The notes beneath the pieces are model-generated. The model did no database searches. It worked only from the letters and a program-made list of their open reading frames with translations, and was not told where the DNA came from. From the NCBI GenBank assembly GCA_965219955.1, contig OZ244799.1, positions 2,240,001 to 2,304,000 on the forward strand: DNA of 64,000 bases, written 5' to 3'. Shown here piece after piece: positions 21,321 through 33,138 of the stretch (positions are counted from its first letter, which is position 1; each line of letters opens with the position of its first letter). Position numbers and translations under genes: made by a program. Origin of the DNA: a bacterium. Lineage in GTDB: Bacteria; UBA8248.

Positions 21321-22070
21321 ATGCGCAAATTCCTTCTCCTGATTATTATCGTTTTTCTGGCGGGATGTAAAACTGCATCCGACGGGCTTTCATCCGCCTG
21401 GTATTTCGACACGGCCGGCAGGACGACCTACCGGGACAAAGACTGGAACGTCGAGTTTTACGACAACTGCGGGTTCCCGGAATCCTCTTCGGTACGATGG
21501 ATAACGGAAGGAAAAGAGACCTTCCTGCGCTTTACACTGAAAAACAATCAGGTGGGAGGATGCGGCACCGATGCCGGGGCCAGGCACGGCGCGCCATACT
21601 GGGAGCGGGCGGAAATAAAGCAGACTGCCTCTTTGAAAAAAGATGTGGACTATACGCTCACCTTCAGGGTCCGGTTCGTGAAGGGATTCATCTACGAAAG
21701 AGAAGACTTTTTTCAAATGCACCAGGGTGTTCAGGGTTGCAGGGTCGGCCCTCCCATGATGTTCAAATTCTCGAACGGCCGCTTGATAAGCAAAATCTGG
21801 AACGAGCGTTTTACGAGGAAGGTACACATCGATGAATTCATCGGGAAATGGATAGACGTAAAGCTGGAGATTCACTTAACGGAATCGTATTACAGCCTGT
21901 ATTTCAATGAAGAAAAGCTCGTGGACGAGGGAGATTTTGCTGTCGAGTCATGCGGAGAGCCGCATTTCAAATTCGGAATATACCGGCCCGGCGACGAAGC
22001 GGCGAGCGGCGAGAGAATCTCCATCCTGGATATCGACAAAATCAGGTTGGTCGAGATGAAGAAAAAGTGA
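21321..22070 (+). CDS. Lipoprotein of the polysaccharide lyase / heparin lyase I-like family
   Basis: Lipobox LAGC; ERAEI, FFQMH, HFKFGIYR motifs. Confidence 0.7.
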   Translation: MRKFLLLIIIVFLAGCKTASDGLSSAWYFDTAGRTTYRDKDWNVEFYDNCGFPESSSVRWITEGKETFLRFTLKNNQVGGCGTDAGARHGAPYWERAEIKQTASLKKDVDYTLTFRVRFVKGFIYEREDFFQMHQGVQGCRVGPPMMFKFSNGRLISKIWNERFTRKVHIDEFIGKWIDVKLEIHLTESYYSLYFNEEKLVDEGDFAVESCGEPHFKFGIYRPGDEAASGERISILDIDKIRLVEMKKK

Positions 22071-22106
22071 TTCTTGCCTAACCCGTTGACTTTTGGAGCC
22101 TTCCAC

Positions 22107-23636
22107 TCACTCCCACTCGATCGTGCCCGGCGGCTTGGAGGAGACGTCGTAGACCACGCGGTTCACGCCGCGCACCTCGTTGATGATGCGCGATGAGGCT
22201 TCGGCCAGCAGATCCGCAGGCAGCCTGGCCCAGTCCGCCGTCATCCCATCCTGGCTGGTGACGGCGCGGAGCGCGAGAGCGTTCTCATACGTCCTCGCGT
22301 CGCCCATCACGCCCACGGTGTTGACGGGCAGCAGCACGGCGAACGCCTGCCAGACCTTGTAGTAGTGATCGTGCTTGCGGAGCGTTTCGATGAAGATGGC
22401 GTCCGCCTCCTGCAAGGTTCTCACGCGCTTCTCCGTCACTTCGCCCAGAACGCGCACGGCCAGCCCCGGCCCCGGGAACGGATGCCGCCAGAGCATCTCG
22501 CGGGGCAGTCCCAACTCCTCGCCCGCCTCGCGCACCTCGTCCTTGAACAGTTCGCGAAGGGGCTCGATGAGCGCAAGCCTCATCCATTTGGGCAGTCCAC
22601 CCACGTTGTGGTGGCTTTTTATGGTCGCCGAAGGCCCCTTGAACGAGACGCTCTCGATGACGTCGGGGTAGAGCGTACCCTGGGCCAGGAACTTCACGTC
22701 GCCCAGCCTCCCCGCCTCGCGCTCGAACACGCGGATGAATATCTCGCCGATCTTCTTTCTCTTGGCTTCGGGGTGCGTGACGCCGCGAAGGGCGCTCAGG
22801 AATTCCCCGCTCGCGTCCACGTGCACGAGGTTGAGCCTTTCGCCGAAGGTCGCGACCACTTGCTCGGCCTCGTTCTTCCGGAGCAGGCCGTTGTCCACGA
22901 AGATGCAGGTGAGCCGCTCGCCTATCGCCTCTTTGACGAGCATCGCCGTGACGGAGGAATCCACGCCGCCCGAGAGACCGCAAACCACGCGCCTTGGCCC
23001 CACCTGCACCCTGATGCGGTCGACCGCCTCCTCGATGAAGGAGCGCATCGTCCAATCGCCCGCGCATCCGCAAATCCTGCGCACGAAATTGTGGAGAAAC
23101 TCCTTGCCGCGCGGGGTGTGCGCCACCTCCGGGTGGAACTGTATGCCGTAGCGCCGCCCGTCTTCGGACATCATCGCCGCTACGGGGGACCCGTCCGAAC
23201 GCGCGAGCGACCTGTAGCCGGGCGGCGGCTCCTCTATCGTGTCCCCATGACTCATCCAGACGGTCTCGTCGCCGGAGGAGCCGAGAAAGATGCCGACGGG
23301 GTCATCAATCTCCACCTGCGCGCGTCCGAATTCCCTTTTGGGATAGGGGCCGACTTTCCCGCCGAGCAGATGGGTCATGAGTTGCATGCCGTAGCAGATT
23401 CCCAGAATGGGGAGGTCGCTCTCGAAAAGCGCGGGGTCGACCGAGGGGGAGCCGTTCTCGTACACGCTGCTCGGCCCGCCCGAGAGGATGACGCCCTTCG
23501 TGTGCGGACCCGTAATCTCGCGCCAATCCCGGGTGCACGGGTGAATCTCGCAATACACGTTCAACTCCCGCACGCGCCGGGCGATGAGCTGCGTATACTG
23601 CGAGCCGAAATCAAGTATGAGTATCTGCTCCCGCAT
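22107..23636 (-). CDS. guaA: GMP synthase (glutamine-hydrolysing)
   Basis: [52 protein letters not shown]. Confidence 0.99.
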   Translation of the reverse strand: MREQILILDFGSQYTQLIARRVRELNVYCEIHPCTRDWREITGPHTKGVILSGGPSSVYENGSPSVDPALFESDLPILGICYGMQLMTHLLGGKVGPYPKREFGRAQVEIDDPVGIFLGSSGDETVWMSHGDTIEEPPPGYRSLARSDGSPVAAMMSEDGRRYGIQFHPEVAHTPRGKEFLHNFVRRICGCAGDWTMRSFIEEAVDRIRVQVGPRRVVCGLSGGVDSSVTAMLVKEAIGERLTCIFVDNGLLRKNEAEQVVATFGERLNLVHVDASGEFLSALRGVTHPEAKRKKIGEIFIRVFEREAGRLGDVKFLAQGTLYPDVIESVSFKGPSATIKSHHNVGGLPKWMRLALIEPLRELFKDEVREAGEELGLPREMLWRHPFPGPGLAVRVLGEVTEKRVRTLQEADAIFIETLRKHDHYYKVWQAFAVLLPVNTVGVMGDARTYENALALRAVTSQDGMTADWARLPADLLAEASSRIINEVRGVNRVVYDVSSKPPGTIEWE

Positions 23637-23792
23637 CTTTATTTCGGGATGCAGCGGTCGAACCGCCTCTCCCCCCCTCTATTCTGTGGCCCGCTCAGGA
23701 GCCGGGCGAAGCACTTACACGGGGCGGGCGCTCATCTGCACACACGCCCGCCGCGGCGCCGACGGGCACCGCACCGGATTACGCTTTATCAA

Positions 23793-25472
<1,680 letters not shown>

Positions 25473-25529
25473 TCAAAAGGACGCGGCATCAAGGCCCTCC
25501 CCGATAGCCCTCCTTTTTCTTGCCTCGCC

Positions 25530-25558
25530 ATTGTGTTGCGCGCGGGCGCGGGTGTCAA
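25530..25558 (-). promoter_or_regulatory. Sigma70-type promoter for guaBA
   Basis: TTGACA-17 nt-CACAAT on the minus strand. Confidence 0.6.
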
Positions 25559-25589
25559 GGGCTTCCGCCTTTTCGTGCGAAAAACCGGC

Positions 25590-27503
25590 TCAGCTCCGCA
25601 GGAAGCGCCTCCTCACGGGGCCGTCGCCCATCACAAGCATGACGGGCCGCCCATGCGGACAGGTCCACCTGCCCGGTGTTTTCTCGAGTTCCTCGACGAG
25701 GGAGGCCACCTCCTCGGGACGCATGGGCCGCGCCGCCTTCACCGCACCCTTGCAACTCATCCCCGCGATGATGCCGTCGATGAGATCCGCGAAACTCACG
25801 GGCTGCTCCATATCCGCCAGACCCTCCACAATCTTGCGCACGGCGCCTGCGGGGTCGCGGTCCGCCAGCAGCGCCGGCACGGCCCGAATCCGGTATTCCC
25901 CGGGACCCGCGCACTCGAGTTCGAAGCCTGAGCGCAGCAGATCCTCATGATGCGCCTCGATGCTCAGCGCCTCCTCGGGGCGGAGGCGAACCTCTTCGGG
26001 CACCAGGCACGCCTGGCTGTCCACGCGGCCCTCCCGGAACTGGTCGCGGAAGCGGTTGTAGAGCACCCGCTCGTGCGCGGCGTGCTGATCGACGAAAACG
26101 AGACCTTGCGGCGCGCCGAACAGCAGGAAGCACTCCTCCCATTGCCCCAGATAGCGGCACTGGGAAAGAACCACCGGGTCCGCTGGATGGGGCGGCTGGA
26201 GGGTGCGCTCGAGCGGCGAGGAGGCCGTCGATTCGGGCGGAGAACCCTCGGGCGCAGGCGGAGCGGGGTTTCCCGCCTCGGCGCCGGACGCAGGTTGCGA
26301 AGCTTCGTGCGTTCCTCCCTCCGCCGGGACTCCGAAATCCCCGGCGGCGACGCTCTCACCAAAATATCCCCCGCCGCCCAGCAGGGCCGGCGCGGAAGGA
26401 CGGGCTGGAGGCGACCCGGTGGGCGCGGCGCCTTCCTCTGCGGCAACACTCGGAGCCGCGCGGTCTGCGCCCTGGTGGGCGAAATCGCGCCGCACGCTAT
26501 GGGGCCGCGCGCCCAGCACGGCGGCGACGCTCTCGCGTACGAGATCGTAGACGCCCGACGCGAAGCGGAAGCGCACCTCCTGCTTGGCGGGGTGGACGTT
26601 CACGTCCACGTCCTCGGGCGGCATGTCCAGAAAGAGGATGAAGACGGGGTGGCGCTTCACCGGCATGAAGCTGCGGTAGGCCGCGTACGCCGCGTGGACG
26701 AAAAGACGGTCGCGGATGGGGCGTCCGTTCACGAACAGATACTGCGCGCCGCGCGTGGAGCGGTTCAGCCCGGGTGCGCCCGCCCAGCCGCTGAACGTCA
26801 TGCTCTCGGATGAGGCGCGCGGAATTTTCAGAAGGTGAGAAGCCGCCGCCTCACCCACGAGTTGCGCGGCGCGGGTCAAAACCCCTCCCGAGGCGTCCAG
26901 GTCGAGCAGCGTTCTCCTCCCGTGGCGCAGGATGAACGAAACGTTCGGGTTCGCCATGGCCGCCTGATTCGCCGCCTCCAGGCAGCGGGCGAGTTCGGTC
27001 TCTCTTCTTTTGAGGAATTTGCGCCTCGCCGGCACGTTATAGAACAACGAGCGCACGTCGACCCTCGTGCCGGGCGCGGTTCCCATCTCGGTGACGCGCT
27101 GGAGCTTGCCGCCCTGCACGCGCACCTCGGTCCCCAGGGGATCCCCCGGCCTCCTGGTCGTGATGGTCATCTTCGAGACCGCGGCGATGCTCGGCAGCGC
27201 CTCTCCCCGGAAGCCCAGGGTGGCGACGCGGCCCAGATCCCAATCCGTGGCTATCTTGCTCGTCGCGTGGCGCTCCAGGCACAGCAGCGCGTCGTCCTCG
27301 CTCATGCCGTGCCCGTCGTCGACCACCTGCACGCGCGCGGCGCCGCCTGATACCAAATCGATTTCCACCCGCCCGGCGCCCGCATCGATGCTGTTCTCCA
27401 CCAGCTCCTTGAGGAGGGATGCAGGCCGCTGCACCACCTCGCCCGCGGCAATCTGGTTCGCGAGCGATTCGGGCAATATGCGAATGCGGGATTCTTTGCT
27501 CAT
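25590..27503 (-). CDS. mutL: DNA mismatch repair protein MutL
   Basis: NQIAAGEVV, KELVENSIDAG, TLGFRGEAL, DVNVHPAK, DQHAAHER, CPHGRP. Confidence 0.98.
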   Translation of the reverse strand: MSKESRIRILPESLANQIAAGEVVQRPASLLKELVENSIDAGAGRVEIDLVSGGAARVQVVDDGHGMSEDDALLCLERHATSKIATDWDLGRVATLGFRGEALPSIAAVSKMTITTRRPGDPLGTEVRVQGGKLQRVTEMGTAPGTRVDVRSLFYNVPARRKFLKRRETELARCLEAANQAAMANPNVSFILRHGRRTLLDLDASGGVLTRAAQLVGEAAASHLLKIPRASSESMTFSGWAGAPGLNRSTRGAQYLFVNGRPIRDRLFVHAAYAAYRSFMPVKRHPVFILFLDMPPEDVDVNVHPAKQEVRFRFASGVYDLVRESVAAVLGARPHSVRRDFAHQGADRAAPSVAAEEGAAPTGSPPARPSAPALLGGGGYFGESVAAGDFGVPAEGGTHEASQPASGAEAGNPAPPAPEGSPPESTASSPLERTLQPPHPADPVVLSQCRYLGQWEECFLLFGAPQGLVFVDQHAAHERVLYNRFRDQFREGRVDSQACLVPEEVRLRPEEALSIEAHHEDLLRSGFELECAGPGEYRIRAVPALLADRDPAGAVRKIVEGLADMEQPVSFADLIDGIIAGMSCKGAVKAARPMRPEEVASLVEELEKTPGRWTCPHGRPVMLVMGDGPVRRRFLRS

Positions 27504-27535
27504 GGGGGTCCTCGTGTTGTCGTCCGTCGCCGCCT

Positions 27536-27564
27536 AATGTCCCGCATTCAGGGAGGGTTGTCAA
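27536..27564 (-). promoter_or_regulatory. Possible sigma70 promoter for mutL
   Basis: TTGACA-17 nt-GACATT on the minus strand. Confidence 0.4.
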
Positions 27565-27771
27565 GCGATAACCACAACATATTGCGCCTACAATCGCATA
27601 ATTACGCCATATGATGGGATATTTTCTTTTAATGAGGCTTTTCGGGTCTGCGTTCGGCGGTTTCCGCGGCGGGTCCGGACGCGAGCGCGCGGGAGGCGAA
27701 TTCTCTCAGGGTCTCGCCCTGCCGGGCCCGTGCGAGGGCAGCGGAGAAAAAGGCTCACAGGAACCGCATGC

Positions 27772-28102
27772 GAGGCTGTTGAAAAAGCCCCCCCGACAAG
27801 GGGGGGCAATGCTCGCTGAACGGCGACCGTAGGGACAGGCCTCTGTGCCTGTCCGAAACCCTGGCAAAGGACAACCACGGAGGGTTGTCCCTACGGGGCC
27901 GTTAAAACCCCCTCAAGAGGCTGTTGTAAAAGTCCTCCAGGGGGGATGATGGCGGTGCGTTCGCCGTCCTTGCGTGCCATATTTCACTCATCCCGAGTAG
28001 GCGCACTTGCGCGCCGTATCGAGGGACGGACGCGCGCCCTTCGATACGCGGCTTCGCCGCTACTCAGGGTGAAAGAGATGTGAGAGCTTTTTCAACAACC
28101 CC
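27772..28102. mobile_element. Non-autonomous TIR-bounded element containing REP doublets
   Basis: Left ends GAGGCTGTTGAAAAAGCCC (27772) and GAGGCTGTTGTAAAAGTCC (27917); right end GCTTTTTCAACAACCCC (28086-28102); GTAG REP pair 27829-27894 and a CGTATCGAGGG/CCCTTCGATACG pair inside. Confidence 0.7.
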
Positions 28103-28265
28103 CTAAAGACACATGCACGTTCATAGAAAAAACACGGGCGTTCGCCGGTATCCGCGCCTACACAGGCATATCCCCGCCTCATTCCCCACCGGAGCGTCAT
28201 TGCCTGCGTTCAACCGTTGCGCGTATACTGCGGGCGTCGGAATCCCCCAATCGTGAGGCCAAGCC

Positions 28266-29069
28266 TTGAGCGAGAACAAAAGCGGTTTCGAGCGCGCGGT
28301 GGAGGTCATGGCCCGCCTCAGAGCGCCGGACGGCTGCCCCTGGGACAAGGAGCAGGACCACCAGAGCCTCAAGCCCTACCTCATAGAGGAAGCCTACGAG
28401 GTGATGGAGGCCATCGAGGCGGGCAACCCGGCCATGCTCAAGGAAGAGTTGGGCGACCTCCTGCTCCAGGTGCTCTTCCACTGCCGGCTCGCCGAGGAGA
28501 AAGGCCTCTTCGACGCCGACGGGGCCGCCCGCGCCCTCGCTCAGAAGATGATCGACCGCCACCCCCACGTGTTCGAGGACGCCCTGGCCGAAACCAGCGG
28601 CGAGGTGCTCAGGAACTGGGAGATCAGCAAGAGAAAGGCGCGCGCGGTGGGAGACAACGGCGCGGCCTCCATTCTCGACGGCGTGCCCGCCGCCATGCCC
28701 GCGCTCCAGCGCGCCCAGAGACTGCAGGGAAAAGCCTCGCGCGTGGGCTTCGACTGGCCGGACGCGGCCGGAGCGGCGGATAAGGTGGAAGAGGAATGGG
28801 CGGAGCTCAAGGCGGCGATGCGAAAAGGAGACCGCGAAGCGCTCGAGCAGGAGGTGGGCGATCTTCTCTTCGCCGCCGTGAACCTCTCCCGGAAACTCGG
28901 GGTGAGCGCCGAGGGAGCGGCCCGCGCCTGCATCGCGCGCTTCACCGAGCGGTTTCATCATATGGAACAGGCGCTGCGCGCCCGGGGACTCTCGCCCGAG
29001 GACGTGCCGCTAGAAGAGCTCGAAGCGCTTTGGAATGAAGCGAAAAAAGCCGGGAGGAGCGGAGGCTGA
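28266..29069 (+). CDS. mazG: Nucleoside triphosphate pyrophosphohydrolase
   Basis: LRAPDGCPWDKEQ, EEAYEV, EELGDLL, VGFDW, EVGDLLF. Confidence 0.95.
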   Translation: MSENKSGFERAVEVMARLRAPDGCPWDKEQDHQSLKPYLIEEAYEVMEAIEAGNPAMLKEELGDLLLQVLFHCRLAEEKGLFDADGAARALAQKMIDRHPHVFEDALAETSGEVLRNWEISKRKARAVGDNGAASILDGVPAAMPALQRAQRLQGKASRVGFDWPDAAGAADKVEEEWAELKAAMRKGDREALEQEVGDLLFAAVNLSRKLGVSAEGAARACIARFTERFHHMEQALRARGLSPEDVPLEELEALWNEAKKAGRSGG

Positions 29070-29149
29070 CCCGGCTCTCGCTCTGACCCCGGCCATACGC
29101 ACCCGGTGACGCACCACCCCGCCCGCCCGGACGAAACCAGGATCGACCC

Positions 29150-31630
29150 ATGACGCGCAAACCGAGAACGAATCGTCCCGGAAGAAGGACCCCTCCTCCT
29201 CAGGCGGGCCTCTTCCCGCAAGACGGCACTGAGCTGACCGGCGCGGTGGAGCGTATCCGCTTCCGCGCGGAGGACACCGGCTACACTGTCTTGCTCGTCC
29301 AGCCGGACAACGAGGATTTCCCGCGCGTGGCCGTGGTGGGCTATCTCTCCTCCATCCGCGAGGGCGAGCGCGTGCGCTTCGAGGGCGCCTGGAAGGACCA
29401 TCCCAGGTTCGGCCGCCAGTTTCATGCAGAACTCGCCCGCCCGCTGGCGCCCACGACGGTCGAGGGAATCGAAAAGTATCTGGCCTCGGGCATCGTGAAG
29501 AACATCGGCCCCGCTCTCGCCAGGAGAATCGTGGCGCGCTTCGGGGAGAAATCCCTCGATATTCTCGACAACCAGCCCGAGCGCTTGACGGAAATCGCCG
29601 GGCTGGGCGCGAAGAAGCTCGAAGCCATCGTCGAGAGCTGGAAGAGCCAGAGCGAAGTCAAGGAGATCATGCTCTTTCTCCGTCAATACGACGTCCCGCT
29701 CCATCTGTCCGAGAAAATTCTCAGAACCTACGGCGAGGCGTCCATCCGGATCCTGCGCGAAGACCCCTATCGTCTGGCGTCAGAGATTCACGGCGTGGGG
29801 TTCAAGAGCGCGGACCGAATCGCGCAGAAACTGGGCATCCCGGCGGACTCGCCCAAACGCCTGGCGGCGGGGGCCGTCTACGTGCTGGACCAGCTCGCCG
29901 AGCGCGAGGGTCACTGCTTTCTGCCCTATGGCGACCTCCTCGAAACCGCCGCCGAAATGCTCGAAACGGATGCCGACGCCCTCGCCCCCATCCTGGAGAA
30001 CCTGGGCCGGGGCGGCTCGCTGGTGATCGAATCGGCGAACATGGTCGAGAACCTCGCCTCCTACGAGGGCAAGCGCGTCTACGGGCGGCCGCTCTATGCC
30101 GCGGAATGCGAGGTCGCCCGCCGTCTCGCGGCGCTCATCCGCACGCCGCGCGACGATGCGCGTCTCGAAGCCGCCATGCGGGGACAGGGCGCGCCCGGAG
30201 CCACGACGGAAGAGCGCCTCGGCCATCTCGCCCGGCGCGCGCTCGAGGGCGGCAAGGCGACGAAGGACCAGGGTGCGGCCATCGAGGGCGCGCTCACCCA
30301 GAAGGTGCTCATCGTCACGGGCGGTCCCGGCACCGGCAAGACGACCATCGTGAGTGCCGTCACGAACCTCTATACGAAACTGGGCCTCCAGGTCATCCTC
30401 GGCGCGCCCACGGGCCGGGCGGCCAAGCGCCTCTCGGAAGTCACCGGCCACGAGGCGGCCACCATTCACAGGCTGCTCGAATACAGCTGGCACTCGGGCG
30501 GCTTCACCCGCGACGCGGAAAACCCGCTTACGGGCGACATCGTGATCATCGATGAGGCCTCGATGCTCGACGTGCACCTGACGGCCCACCTGCTGCGCGC
30601 GGTGCCCGATCAGGCGACGCTCGTCCTGGTGGGCGACGTGGATCAGCTTCCCTCCGTGGGGCCGGGCAACGTCCTGAGCGACGCCATCACCTCCGAGACC
30701 CTGCCCGTGGCGCGGCTTACGGAAGTCTTCCGCCAGGCGCAGGAGAGCCTGATCGTCGAGAACGCCCACCGCGTGAACAGCGGCGAAATGCCCCGAAACG
30801 GCAAGGGGGAAAAAGAAGACGCGCCGCTCGATTACTACTTCATCGAGGAGAGCGAGGCGGAGCGCTGCGCCGACCTCATCATCGAACTGTGCCGCGAGCG
30901 CATTCCCGAGCGGTTCGGGATCGACGCCATCGCCGATCTCCAGGTCATCTCCCCCATGCAGCGCGGCGTGCTCGGCGTGCAGAGCCTGAACGCGCGCTTA
31001 CAAGAAGCGCTCAACCCTGCCGGAAGCGCGCCCGCGCTCCAGAGCGGAGGCCGGACGTTCCGCACCGGGGACAAGCTCATCCAGGTTCGCAACAACTACG
31101 ACAAGGACGTGTTCAACGGGGACATCGGCGTCGTCAAGAGCGTCGCGCCCGAGGAGGGGAGCATTCGCGCCGCTTTCGACTCGAACGTCGTCGAATACAC
31201 GCGCGGCGCGCTCGATGAGGTGATGCACGCCTACGCCATCACCGTTCACAAGAGCCAGGGGAGCGAATACCCCGCCGTCGTCATCCCGCTCCACACCCAG
31301 CACTTCCCGATGCTGCAGAGAAACCTCGTCTACACCGCCCTCACGCGGGCGAAGCGCCTGGCGGTGTTCGTCGGATCGAAGAAAGCCCTTGGAATGGCGA
31401 TAGGAAACGCGCGCGTGAGGAGGCGCTGGAGCGGTTTGCCGGAAAGAATCCGCCGCGAGGCGAAACTCGCCCCGCTTCTCAAGGAGCCTGCCCCCGCCCC
31501 GCAGAATGCGGACGCGGATGATACGCAATTCACAGATGACGCACCGCCGGATGCACTCTACGAGGATGAAGCTACCGAAGGCGATTCCCCGCCCGAGAGT
31601 GAACTGACCTACCATCCCTTAGACGAGTAG
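29150..31630 (+). CDS. recD2: ATP-dependent RecD-like DNA helicase
   Basis: N-terminal HhH region, TGGPGTGKT, APTGRAAKR, DEASM, GDVDQLPSVG, YAITVHKSQGSE. Confidence 0.95.
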   Translation: MTRKPRTNRPGRRTPPPQAGLFPQDGTELTGAVERIRFRAEDTGYTVLLVQPDNEDFPRVAVVGYLSSIREGERVRFEGAWKDHPRFGRQFHAELARPLAPTTVEGIEKYLASGIVKNIGPALARRIVARFGEKSLDILDNQPERLTEIAGLGAKKLEAIVESWKSQSEVKEIMLFLRQYDVPLHLSEKILRTYGEASIRILREDPYRLASEIHGVGFKSADRIAQKLGIPADSPKRLAAGAVYVLDQLAEREGHCFLPYGDLLETAAEMLETDADALAPILENLGRGGSLVIESANMVENLASYEGKRVYGRPLYAAECEVARRLAALIRTPRDDARLEAAMRGQGAPGATTEERLGHLARRALEGGKATKDQGAAIEGALTQKVLIVTGGPGTGKTTIVSAVTNLYTKLGLQVILGAPTGRAAKRLSEVTGHEAATIHRLLEYSWHSGGFTRDAENPLTGDIVIIDEASMLDVHLTAHLLRAVPDQATLVLVGDVDQLPSVGPGNVLSDAITSETLPVARLTEVFRQAQESLIVENAHRVNSGEMPRNGKGEKEDAPLDYYFIEESEAERCADLIIELCRERIPERFGIDAIADLQVISPMQRGVLGVQSLNARLQEALNPAGSAPALQSGGRTFRTGDKLIQVRNNYDKDVFNGDIGVVKSVAPEEGSIRAAFDSNVVEYTRGALDEVMHAYAITVHKSQGSEYPAVVIPLHTQHFPMLQRNLVYTALTRAKRLAVFVGSKKALGMAIGNARVRRRWSGLPERIRREAKLAPLLKEPAPAPQNADADDTQFTDDAPPDALYEDEATEGDSPPESELTYHPLDE

Positions 31631-31647
31631 CGGACAATCGGCGACGC

Positions 31648-31680
31648 AAAAGAAAAGCCCTCGTCCCGAAGGACGAGGGC
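31648..31680 (-). terminator. Intrinsic terminator, copy 1
   Basis: GCCCTCGTCC-TTCG-GGACGAGGGC followed by TTTTCTTTT. Confidence 0.9.
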
Positions 31681-31704
31681 GGGATAGCCGGCGGGAAGTA
31701 GAGG

Positions 31705-31962
31705 TTACTTCGCCGTCCGCTCGATGAGCGTCTTGAGCGCGGTCATCGACTCCTCATGTTTTTTCATGTTTTCTTCATGATTTTTCATGGTCTCGGCGTG
31801 ATTCTTCATGACCTCCTCATGCCGCCTCTCGCTCTGTCTTTCCCTCAGCTCGGAGGCGCGGCTCATCTGCTTCAGGCCCATCAGGATGAGGACGCATTGC
31901 GCGAGGCCGATGAGGGACTGCACCGCGTAGAACCCGAGCGTTGCGATTTGAAACGTCGTCAC
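31705..31962 (-). CDS. Small membrane-anchored coiled-coil protein with His/Met repeats, copy 1
   Basis: GTG start with AGGAG; N-terminal hydrophobic helix; (R/N/K)HEExM repeats. Confidence 0.8.
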   Translation of the reverse strand: MTTFQIATLGFYAVQSLIGLAQCVLILMGLKQMSRASELRERQSERRHEEVMKNHAETMKNHEENMKKHEESMTALKTLIERTAK

Positions 31963-32041
31963 TTTTCTCTCCTCTCGGGTCTTTGATTTTCACCCTGCGA
32001 ACGCCACGGCCTCGCGTTCCATGGCCCGCAACCCTGGAAAA

Positions 32042-32070
32042 ACATTAACGGCTTTTGCGCTCGACCGCAA
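32042..32070 (-). promoter_or_regulatory. Sigma70-like promoter, copy 1
   Basis: TTGCGG-17 nt-TAATGT; spacing conserved in all three copies. Confidence 0.6.
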
Positions 32071-32154
32071 GATTCGGCTTCCCGCGCATATTAAGGCTTC
32101 AGCACGACTTTCAGGATTCTCCGGCCAGATGCGGGGCAGAGAACAACCGAACAA

Positions 32155-32183
32155 CAGAAAACCCCCGGCCCGGAGGACGGGGG
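32155..32183 (-). terminator. Intrinsic terminator, copy 2
   Basis: CCCCCGTCC-TCCG-GGCCGGGGG followed by TTTTCTG (one mismatch in the stem). Confidence 0.7.
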
Positions 32184-32208
32184 CCGAATAGCTGCCGGAA
32201 AGCGGGAG

Positions 32209-32478
32209 TTACTTCGCCGTCCGCTCGATGAGCGTCTTAAGCGCGGTCATCGACTCCTCGTGTTTTTTCATGTTTTCCTCATGATTTTTCATGACCTCCT
32301 CATGCCGTATCGAGCTCTCCCTCATGATCTCCTCATGCCGCCTCTCGCTCTGTCTTTCCCTCAATTCGGAGGCACGGCTCATCTGCTTCAGGCCCATCAG
32401 GATGAGGACGCATTGCGCGAGGCCGATGAGGGACTGCACCGCGTAGAACCCGAGCGTCGCAATTTGAAACGTCGTCAC
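32209..32478 (-). CDS. Small membrane-anchored coiled-coil protein with His/Met repeats, copy 2
   Basis: Identical N-terminus to copy 1; differs in the repeat block. Confidence 0.8.
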   Translation of the reverse strand: MTTFQIATLGFYAVQSLIGLAQCVLILMGLKQMSRASELRERQSERRHEEIMRESSIRHEEVMKNHEENMKKHEESMTALKTLIERTAK

Positions 32479-32557
32479 TTTTCTCTCCTCTCGGGTCTTT
32501 GATTTTCACCCTGCGAACGCCACGGCCTCGCGTTCCATGGCCCGCAATCCTGGAAAA

Positions 32558-32586
32558 ACATTAACGGCTTTTGCGCCCGACCGCAA
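32558..32586 (-). promoter_or_regulatory. Sigma70-like promoter, copy 2
   Basis: TTGCGG-17 nt-TAATGT. Confidence 0.6.
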
Positions 32587-32667
32587 GATTCGGATTCCCG
32601 CGACTCAAGACCTGAGCACCACCTTGAGATTCCCAAAACAGATGATGGGGAGAGAACAACCGAACAA

Positions 32668-32697
32668 CAGAAAACCCCCGGCCCGGAGGACGGGGGT
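32668..32697 (-). terminator. Intrinsic terminator, copy 3
   Basis: Same hairpin as copy 2, followed by a T run. Confidence 0.7.
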
Positions 32698-32721
32698 GGA
32701 GTAGCCGGCGGGAAGTAGAAG

Positions 32722-33003
32722 TTACTTCCCTGTCCGCTCGATAATCGCCTTGAGCGCGGTCATCGACTCCTCATGTTTTTTCATGTTTTCCTCATGATTT
32801 TTCATAGTCTCTTCGTGCCGCCTCGCACCCTCCCTCATGACTTCCTCGTGCCGTCTCGCGCCCTCTCTTTCTCGAAACTCCGAGGCGCGCTCCATCTGCT
32901 TCAAGCCTTTCCATATCAGGAAACATTGAACGCTCCCGACCGAGAGAGCGATTGCGCTCTGAATGCCCAATGCCACCAGCGTCGCGATTTGAAAAGTCGT
33001 CAC
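32722..33003 (-). CDS. Small membrane-anchored coiled-coil protein with His/Met repeats, copy 3 (divergent TM segment)
   Basis: MTTFQIATL start with AAGGAG; C-terminus NHEENMKKHEESMTALK shared with copies 1 and 2. Confidence 0.8.
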   Translation of the reverse strand: MTTFQIATLVALGIQSAIALSVGSVQCFLIWKGLKQMERASEFREREGARRHEEVMREGARRHEETMKNHEENMKKHEESMTALKAIIERTGK

Positions 33004-33094
33004 TTCTTTCTCCTTGCGAGTCCACTATTGACGAATCGAACAACCTCGTGGACCCAGAGCGCCCTGCCCTGCGTTGTCCGCTATTTCAGGCAAT

Positions 33095-33123
33095 ATACTA
33101 GTGCCTTTCGCACTCACTCGCAA
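33095..33123 (-). promoter_or_regulatory. Sigma70-like promoter, copy 3
   Basis: TTGCGA-17 nt-TAGTAT, preceded by the same CCGAATC as the other copies. Confidence 0.55.
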
Positions 33124-33138
33124 GATTCGGGCTTGCGC

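Larger units (their letters stand above)
31648..33123 (-). repeat. Tandem triplication of a ~0.5-kb promoter-ORF-terminator unit
   Basis: ORF stops at 31705, 32209 and 32722 (periods 504 and 513 bp); leader 31963-32086 nearly identical to 32479-32602. Confidence 0.92.

Noticed and set aside
31705-33003. CRISPR array or simple VNTR
   Set aside because: The 21/33-nt repeats are in-frame coding modules without unique spacers; no cas genes in the window
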